DNA of 64,000 nt from Eledone cirrhosa (taxonomy: Eukaryota), in NCBI GenBank assembly GCA_964016885.1, contig OZ024743.1, positions 159,960,001 to 160,024,000 on the forward strand, given 5' to 3'. Both the position numbers and the translations under genes were made by a program. The notes under the pieces are model-generated. The model searched no databases. It was not told where the DNA came from and worked only from the letters and a program-made list of their open reading frames with translations. Shown here in pieces: positions 55,100 through 64,000 of this stretch. Position 1 is the first letter of the stretch. Each line of letters opens with the position of its first letter.

Positions 55100-57570
55100 G
55101 AACTTTGTATTTACTTATGGCCGTTTAAAATAATGAACAAGCCGTTTCTCCTAATAGGAAGTCTGCCGTCGTTTGACAGCGACATGAAAGTTTGGTATGA
55201 ACAAACACACAAGTATGGACAAACAAAATCTATTACATCTACAAACACAACATGCAAACAAAAAAATAAGACAAATATGGAAACCAACGCCAAGAGCAAC
55301 TCCCACGTGATTAAAAAAACAATAACACCAACTGCAACGACAACACCGACAACAACTGCACTGGGAACACCTCCGATTCCAAATGCAACAGTGACAACAA
55401 CAACATCACAAAAAAACATGATCAAGTATGAAAGTAGCAACAACGTGAACAACAACAAAGTGAACAAAAGTAGCATATTCGCGGCGGCGGATCCAAAATA
55501 AAAAAAGGTTCTTTCAATGTAGATATAAAGGACAAAGAGCAACAGTTGCTCCAGGCGTGGAAGATGGTTAAGCGCGAAAAGTCCTGGCCCAACCTAAAAA
55601 TTCCGGACCAAGCGATAGCAGCAACACAAAGGATGAATTTGCATTTTCGTTATATTTCAGTGCAAAGTCGCAAGGCGGAAGTTGAAGCTGCACTGGTATC
55701 AATAAAAGTTGATATAGAATATAAAGCAAGGGTCAGACAGGTCGGCACCATCTGGGTGCTGTTCAAACCGAGGCCCTTGCTATTAAGTATTCGGTGGCCT
55801 TTTGCAGAACGCACCGCATAATAATGTACCAGTCCTACATGGGCAAAAGAACGGTGAAGATCCCTATTCTAAGGATCTCCCAGGACTGAATCTATGGTGG
55901 CTCCTATGATGCGTTTTCAAGGAGGGTACCAACTGTATCCTCATAGACATGAGAAACACTGTGAGTGAAGACTGGTCCGGGAGGGATTTAGAGATTCTTC
56001 TCCGAATAAAATCAGAACCACACAACAAAATCACGGTCCATGTGCACCTTCTGAACAGATCCACAATACAATTGATCCCTGAGGTCAGAAGGCCACACTT
56101 CTGCGTCGAAGCAACACATCTACGAGCCTTCTGCTTTCAGCTAAAAAAAAGGGGGCCCGCAAGCCTCCGTTGCTGCCAACGCTAGTGCCGGGACGGAAAG
56201 CTCCAGCGACACCGGTAGCCACCAACAATAACAGCAACAATAGTCGAAACACCACCGTCACACCACCACCAACAACATCAAAACAAGACCAGGAGGGTAA
56301 CGAACAAAGCCCACCCATTCCCTCGCCAAAAGAATATATACATCTTGACACAAACACAAACATAGCTACAGATACAGACATTCTTACAGGCAGAGATTCC
56401 TCGTCTTCCAGTAGAGAAGACGGGGCAAAATTCAAATCCTCAATAAAACGAAGAATAGAAGACATACAAAGAAAATAACACGCACAAAAAAAGAAGCTGA
56501 CACCACACACACAATAAAGTCAAAGGCTTCCCCAACAACATCAACACAACCATTACCAACACCACCACCATCATCAACACAATCCCCCAAACGCAAACAA
56601 CCAAAGCAGATACAAGAACAAAAGAGCAAATAGAATAACAAAACTTCGTGCTTGTCAGACGAGTCAACTAGGAATGTATGGCCCTCATTGCACGAAGTGA
56701 AGAAATCCAGAAAGAGGGGGAGATTTTGGGATCGAGCACATTTCGTGAGACAGAAGATTTGTTTCTGTTACGAATGTTGCTCGACTCTTACGAAGGAATT
56801 AGAAAGAGCTTTCCTCGGGACGTGGGAACTCAAAACATTTAAAAGGGTTCCCAAAGGAAACCAATGGTGGTTGTACCAACCGATTTCCAAAAGCCCCCGG
56901 GAGGTAAGTAAACCCGTCCTCTCTCACTTTTAGCCTGCCTACATGGCGATCTTAAGAGAAGGATGGATAAATGTTTGTGGCCTGGGTACGTCCTGGAAGC
57001 AGGATCCACTGCTCAAATACCTCAGGTGGCTAAATACGGATGTGATTGACGGGTCTCGGCGTAAGTTCGATCTTCCAGGACCCGGAAGGTAAGTTAGTGG
57101 TCCTGGACGTGAACAATAGTGAAAGTGGTGCCTTTAGCTTGGTGAACGTTCCAACTGTCTGACAGATACTGACTATATTTTCCTAATGCGCCAGTGTGAA
57201 CCTGGACCAATCGCATAGGGTCATCTAGATCGTATATATATAGGATTCTCATTAGGACAATAAATAGGAATAGTGTAAGTTGTTCACTATTTCAAACGGT
57301 CGCCTATTCAGATCATAAGTTTGGGATCTGTATGGTCGGCCTAACTATGATGTGCAGGCTAGGACCTGGTTACTGAAAGCTTAACGTCGTTTCCGGTGCG
57401 AAATTCTTACAGAGTCCGGATCTACAATTTAGTTAAGCAGAAGATCAGAGGGGAAGTAATCAACAATATGTGGTGATGGGGGGGATCTCAAAAGAGTGAT
57501 CAGAGTAATGCCGATAGGGTTTAGCAAAAAAGTAGCGTTAGAGAAAAATAGAAAGGAGGCTAATTGTAGT
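55100..57570 (+). mobile_element. Decayed Tx1/L1-clade LINE (copy 4: ORF1 + partial endonuclease)
   Basis: SYMGKRTVKI and EVRRP..HLRAFC in ORF1; ATGGCG at 56943; DPEGKLVVLDV, YSDHK, GPGY.KLN. Confidence 0.8.
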
Positions 57571-58133
57571 GGAATTGCAGCTGACGTCAATAAGTGCTTA
57601 AAATCTTCCTAGATATCTCACTCTGCACATCATCTATTTACCTGCCTAAGAAAGACGATCGAATGAAACCACATGGTGCTAAACTAACGTCTTTCGGAAG
57701 GCAGATATTCCAGGACTGGTCGCAAAAATTGCTGAAATTAGCAGTGAAAATCGTCCCTCTATGACAATTCTACAAATTAACAATTTGGAGTAGTTATACT
57801 ATAATTAGGTTAAATCTATACATATAAGATGTATATTGATTAAGTTACTTAACAAGGCAATTTCAATGAACATTAAGCTTAGAGTATAAAGTATACAAAT
57901 TTAAACGATGTACAAAAACACTTTCTTCATATATCTATTTGAGAAACAACTAGCATTATATACATACATATATAATGACAAATAATAAATGTACTCACTT
58001 AAGAAAAAAAAGAATCAAGATATATGAAACAATATTTAAGTATTTGCATTATGCTCTGAGCTTAATGTTCATACATTTTATGTACATACATTTTATATGT
58101 ATAGATTTAATCTAATTATAATATACATACATG

Positions 58134-58187
<54 letters not shown>

Positions 58188-58239
58188 TTATTATTTGCTT
58201 AAACTTTAATCTGTTATTTTAATAAACATATATATTTTA

Positions 58240-58267
<28 letters not shown>

Positions 58268-58270
<3 letters not shown>

Positions 58271-58498
58271 GGAACCAGTAAGACCCCGACAGCTGAGCTC
58301 AAGCCGTTTCGACGGCTAATTCTGGACTAAATGAAAATTTATCCTGGATAAATTTTCATTTAGTCCAGAATTAGCCGTCGAAACGGCTTGAGCTCAGCTG
58401 TCGGGGTCTTACTGGTTCCTATTACCCACTCTACTACCTCAAGTATTGAGTACTTTGGTGCGTTATGGTCCACCTGGTTCCTTACCACATTTCCTTCG

Positions 58499-58502
<4 letters not shown>
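58268..58502 (+). mobile_element. Family C fold-back, second copy
   Basis: Perfect 77-bp arms (58268-58344 / 58346-58422) with a 1-nt spacer; 3' part near-identical to 186-320. Confidence 0.8.
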
Positions 58503-58566
<64 letters not shown>

Positions 58567-58780
58567 GTTAGAAGTGTACATCCACATATGTATACTGAAA
58601 TACTAGTATGCATATAAATACACACACGTATACATATGTAGATGTACCGAGTTTTTAACTGGACACTTTACTGTGAGTGTTCAGCTAGTCTGTATGTAAA
58701 CACACAGACAAACCGGTTTTTAGAGTCATACTGGTTTTCGAGGAAACACCTTTCCTCTATTCTCCAGAGGGCCAGACAGG

Positions 58781-58825
58781 AATATTGGACTAGTTTCGAT
58801 GTTGTTACATCTCATCAGCAATATT
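58781..58825 (-). ncRNA. Canonical type I hammerhead ribozyme (mirror copy)
   Basis: Exact reverse complement of 59204-59248. Confidence 0.9.
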
Positions 58826-59203
58826 TACCCATCCTCCGGCCCCTCTAGAGAATCGTAAAAGCACATATCGTTATATGCTTTTTCTATGAAAATTAGTAGT
58901 GGGCAGACTAATTTGCATAGAGCGTGAGTACGTACCCGTTCAGCGGAAGCGATAAAAACAAATAACGAAACGAAATTAAATTTTGTACACTTCTAACTTA
59001 ATTGTTTAAGCGTCAGTCATACAAAAGTGAGTTACAAACGAAACGAAATTTAATTTCGTTTCGTTATTTGTTTTTATCGCTTCCGCTGAACCGGTACGTA
59101 CTCACGCTCTATGCAAATTAGTCTGCCCACTACTAATTTTCATAGAAAAAGCATATAACGATATGTGCTTTTACGATTCTCTAGAGGGGCCGGAGGATGG
59201 GTA

Positions 59204-59248
59204 AATATTGCTGATGAGATGTAACAACATCGAAACTAGTCCAATATT
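59204..59248 (+). ncRNA. Canonical type I hammerhead ribozyme
   Basis: AATATTG-CTGATGA-GATGT aaca ACATC-GAAA-CTAG-TC-CAATATT: 7-bp stem I, 5-bp stem II, palindromic stem III, site GUC. Confidence 0.92.
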
Positions 59249-59650
59249 CCTGTCTGGCCCTCTGGAGAATAGAGGAAAGGTGTTTCCTCGAAAACCAGTA
59301 TGACTCTAAAAACCGGTTTGTCTGTGTGTTTACATACAGACTAGCTGAACACTCACAGTAAAGTGTCCAGTTAAAAACTCGGTACATCTACATATGTATA
59401 CGTGTGTGTATTTATATGCATACTAGTATTTCAGTATACATATGTGGATGTACACTTCTAACTTAATTGTTTAAGCGTCAGTCATACAAAAGTGAGTTAC
59501 AAACGAAACGAAATTTAATTTCGTTTCGTTATTTGTTTTTATATATATAATTATTATTTGCTTAAACTTTAATCTGTTATTTTAATAAATATATATATTT
59601 TAATAAATATATATATATATATATATATATGTGTGTATATATATATATAT

Positions 59651-60004
<354 letters not shown>

Positions 60005-60090
60005 CTTACGATATTTCGTTTCTGAATATTTGTTTAGCAAGATTCTTTATTGGCAACATGACTCTCCCAAAGTATAACAATATATATATG

Positions 60091-60280
60091 TTTATTGTAT
60101 AGAAGGAGCTTCTACAGGACTAGAACTGTTTCATTCAGATGAAATCTTCAGGAAGATTTCCTGAATGAAACAGTTCTAGTCCTGTAGAAGCTCCTTCTAT
60201 ACAATAAATATATTTTACTCTGCCATGTATTGAGTACCTTACTTACTGTGGTTATCCCCGACTCAACCCGGGACCTACGT
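60091..60280 (+). mobile_element. Short fold-back pLTR-like element
   Basis: 60091-60208 is a near-perfect palindrome; minus arm carries CTGAAGA-TTTC atct GAAT-GAAA-CAG..GTC. Confidence 0.65.
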
Positions 60281-60293
60281 ATATATATATATG

Positions 60294-60347
<54 letters not shown>

Positions 60348-61482
60348 AATCTTTTCCATGGTTCTGTCACTATTTATATATATATATATATATATATATT
60401 TGCATGTATGTGTGTATATGTTCAAATAACACAATTGATTCATACAGATATGAAAACAAAATCAATTCCCTGAAATCTTTAGCTAAGAAATATCTATCAA
60501 GAGATGATTAAGCTTAATGACTTCTATATGGCCCTAATGGCAGTTTGCTCTTAGTTTATATTATTGTTGGTTAACTTCAACATTTCAAACTTATCTTGGA
60601 GTTGAAAATTCTTTTACAAATTTACACTAATTTTAAGTATTTAATCACAGTTTGTTTAACTGTAACATCAAAACATTATTTGTCACGTCTAAGTTGACTG
60701 GATACAAAAATAGGAACTACGTTTTTAGGTAGTTCTAGAAGTATTTCAAATCGGCTCATACGCAAATACATAATTATGTATGTGGTGCACCCCCTAAAAG
60801 TTTTGCATGTTAGGAACATCACCAAATAATTTGTTTCCGTGTAGTGTATCAAGTTTCTCTCCCTTGGGTGGAATCTATAAACTTTAAGTCATATTTACTG
60901 GGTGTGTTGAACTCGAACTTTCTCATTGTAAAATAACGAGGGTGATTGTTATGCTTTCGATCCATATGCTAGAAATAGTTAAATTTCCCTTCAAATTACC
61001 TTGCCATATAAATGATGGAACACCACGCTGGATAATGTGGTTCTGAATCTTCCTTAATATTCAAGATAATCACAGTTGGAATGCATTTCATCATAGTTCT
61101 ACTTTGACAGGGATGGCAGGGCCTAAAGGTTTTGAATAACATATCAAATGCCACAGTTTAAGCATTATTGCTGCTTACATTGGTGACTTCGTCCTGATTT
61201 ACGGTATCTACTTAAAGCTGGGCAAAATGCACTGAGAGGTATGTATCTTAGACAGTGGTCGGTTTACTGCCATTGACGAGACATACACCAGTGATCGTTT
61301 TGCTACTCGCCCACTATCCTGTTAATTCCAGAATCCATATGTACACTTTGGCCACGCTTATGTAGACGTGTCAGTAAATTGTGCCTGCGTCTGTGTAAAA
61401 AGTGTCAAATTGCCTTTTCGTATTTGTTTACTGCAAAACAACTGAATGTAAAACTTTAATTCCCAATGAAAAATTCGTGATA

Positions 61483-62382
61483 TACGAGGTGTGTCAGAAA
61501 AGTTCCCGGACTGATGTCACAAAAGATTTATTTTAAACCCAAACTTCACACTAAGAGTTTTACTCCTTAAAAGTAATCCCCCTGAAGTATGTAACTGTAA
61601 TCTTAGCTCTCTGCAGCGATCAAACTTTTTTCTTCATAATTTTATATACATGTCCTCTGTTTCAGGTCGTCAAGCAATGAGCACAGAGCAGCGAACAAAC
61701 TGTAAAACTCCGTCAGAAGCACTGGGATTGCTGCAGCAAGTGTATGGAGATGAGACGATGTCACGCTCGCGTGTTTTTGAGTGGTGCAAGAGGTTTAACG
61801 AAGAACGGGAGGACGTGGAAGATGACCCCAGGAGCGGAAAGCCCTCAACAACTAGGACTGACGTCAACGTTGAGAGTGTCAGGCAGATGGTGCGTAGCGA
61901 TCGTCCGCTGACTGTTCGACTGATGGCAAATGAGCTGGGCATGAATCGGGACAGCGTCTGGAAGATTATCACTGAAGATTTGGCCATGCGGAAAGTCTGC
62001 GCGAAGATGGTGCCAAAACGGCTGAACGATGACCAGAAGGGTCGACGCATGCAAGTGTGCCAGGATCTACTCGAGCGTCTTGAACCCGAACCAGACTTGC
62101 TAGGGACAGTCATCACCGGTGATGAGTCATGGATCTTCGAGTACGACCCGGAGGGGACCCGTTTTGCAGACGTGGACGACATCAAAAAGACGTGACGACG
62201 GAACTGCGGAGGATCCCGGAAGAATCCTTCCTGGAGTGCATGCAAGAGTGGCAGAAAGGGGTGGAAAAGTGCATTAGACTCCAGGGGGATTACTTTGAAG
62301 GAGAGCACTCTTAGTGTGAAGTTTGGGTTTGAAATAAATCTTTTGTGACATCAATCCTGGAACCTTTCTGATACACCTCGTA
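61483..62382 (+). mobile_element. Mariner DNA transposon, internally deleted
   Basis: TA target duplication; TIRs TACGAGGTGT..; imperfect inverted similarity extends ~106 bp. Confidence 0.93.
61677..62314 (+). pseudogene. Mariner transposase with catalytic core deleted
   Basis: HTH (VYGDETMSRSRVFEW..F), DDPRSGKP, MVPK.L, TGDESW..YDPE joined directly to GTRF..; ends CIRLQGDYFEG. Confidence 0.9.
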
Positions 62383-64000
62383 TATTCAAATTAAATTCTA
62401 AACAAGCAGAAGAATCAGAGTTATTGATATTTCAGTGAAAGCCTGTACATTTATAATAAAAACTACTGCTCTTGCAATCAGCTCCCATACATTATCTAAT
62501 ATTCATAGCTGTCAACCTCATTTAAATAAATAAAAGTTAATATATTTTGACATTTCATTTGCTTTGTATCTCGAGTATATTTGGCTTCATTTTCTTTTTG
62601 TTCTCCAGGAAATTGCTATTTCCTTTTTTTTCAAATATTACTTAGGGACGTTTAGAAAAAATATTAATACTGTGTACGACATTTAATAGTTTTTGTTTTT
62701 CAACTAATATCAATCAGAAGCAGACGTGTATGAATAAATCTGCGTGGAAAATAAATGGAAAATAATGATTATACACGTATAATTAAAGCAAGCGTGTGTG
62801 TCTTGTATATTTAATTAATCATTAAATTACGAATATGTAGAAATCGATATAAACACACTGGGAATTGAGTTGAAAAACAATAGTTTTACTTGTAGAAAAA
62901 GTAGACCCAGAAAAATCTAATTTAAAGATTACAGGAACAGATTTGATTTGATTTTGCCTCTAGTTGAAGGATGTTGATGAAATAGTTATTATTAATATCT
63001 TCAGGTCTTTGAATCACCATATAAGCTTTAACTCCAAAGACTAACCTTGAGACTAATCAAAAGAAATGAGTAATTCTAGCAGCATGAGTTGGCGGGCACA
63101 CGAACGCAAGTAATACGATTATAAGTAATCTTTAAATTAGAAGCAGGTTAAACCAAACATAAATGTTATATAAGGGAGATTTTTCAGGCTTTGTTTAACT
63201 TTGAAATGTGTATTCTTGCGAAGTCATGTTTGAATTTCAGTTTAATTGCGGTTTGTAAGGATTTCAATTAAACTTAAGTTGTTAATTTTCTTGATATTTT
63301 TTATGGACAATACACATTTGCAATAAACAATAATTATTTCTCCTCATTTTCATATTGCACTCCAGGCTATTAATATTTATCTATTATAACCTAGAAATAT
63401 ACTGCGAAATTCCATATGCAGCTATAAAATTATAGAAAAACATGAACTGCCTGATTTATCTATTTGTTTTAAGTATTTGATTTTTGAGATGTAAATTCCA
63501 CATAGATCGATTTGAAGACGTAGTCTTACATGAGAAAATGTTTGTTATACAGTTGTCTCATCCGTTATCTTCTGAAAGAAACCTCCGTCATACTTGTGCT
63601 TAACTTGATTACTAACGAGGAAGGCATTACCCGGACGACACGTTTCCATTTCTCTTGTCTGACACTTTTGTATAGAGGTTATGAGATCAAAGACGACTGG
63701 AGGTATAGCAGGGTTTCGGTGAGACAAGCAGAGTGATTCCCATTTCTTAGCATCCCACAATGATATTGCTGGATATCGTCTTTCTCCTCCCTCAATTTTG
63801 ACTTGACCACAAACCTAAATAATTTCATGGAGTGATTAAGACAACTTCGACCTGCATTGGCCTGCCTGCCAACAATGTTGTGCGCAAAATGGCAAATGCA
63901 CATATTTTGTGGTTCCTTAGATGAGAAGCAATGGCCGATGAGTTGTCCCGAAAGCAATTGGCAGCACCATTATTATAGGTACTGCCTCTACAACCATATA

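Larger units (their letters stand above)
58561..59542 (+). mobile_element. Family D-related retrozyme-like element: 465-bp monomer + 94-bp repeat + 423-bp inverted arm
   Basis: 58984-59077 = 59449-59542 (direct); 58561-58983 mirrors 59046-59468 (one mismatch seen); (TA)n flanks. Confidence 0.88.

Noticed and set aside
58642-59387. Identical 68-aa ORFs on opposite strands
   Set aside because: Consequence of the inverted duplication; antisense to the hammerhead, with no recognisable protein features.
63530-63990. Possible host exon or LINE remnant at the window end
   Set aside because: No consistent frame or recognisable motif series.

Overview
AT-rich eukaryotic (metazoan) genomic DNA, almost entirely transposon-derived and punctuated by (TA)n/(CA)n microsatellites. 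No host gene is recognisable. The tRNA-derived SINE and overall composition suggest a cephalopod (Octopus-like) genome; this is inference. Main contents: (1) a very young Penelope-like element (Naiad-type RT + GIY-YIG, 751-aa ORF with no internal stops) with 1.29-kb inverted arms; (2) a head-to-tail array of three divergent Tx1/L1-clade LINEs joined at TATC repeats, plus two more decayed copies; (3) remnants of other PLEs, RTE, CR1, a hAT(m)-like element, a Helitron-like element and an internally deleted mariner; (4) most strikingly, about 20 type I hammerhead ribozyme motifs (about 13 with intact CUGANGA/GAAA cores). These lie in PLE 3' UTRs and in several short non-coding families that occur as partial tandems, circular permutations and fold-back insertions, mostly beside (TA)n tracts. 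This pattern fits retrozyme-like, circular-RNA-based parasites mobilised by Penelope-like RTs. All structures were folded by eye and boundaries of decayed elements are approximate.
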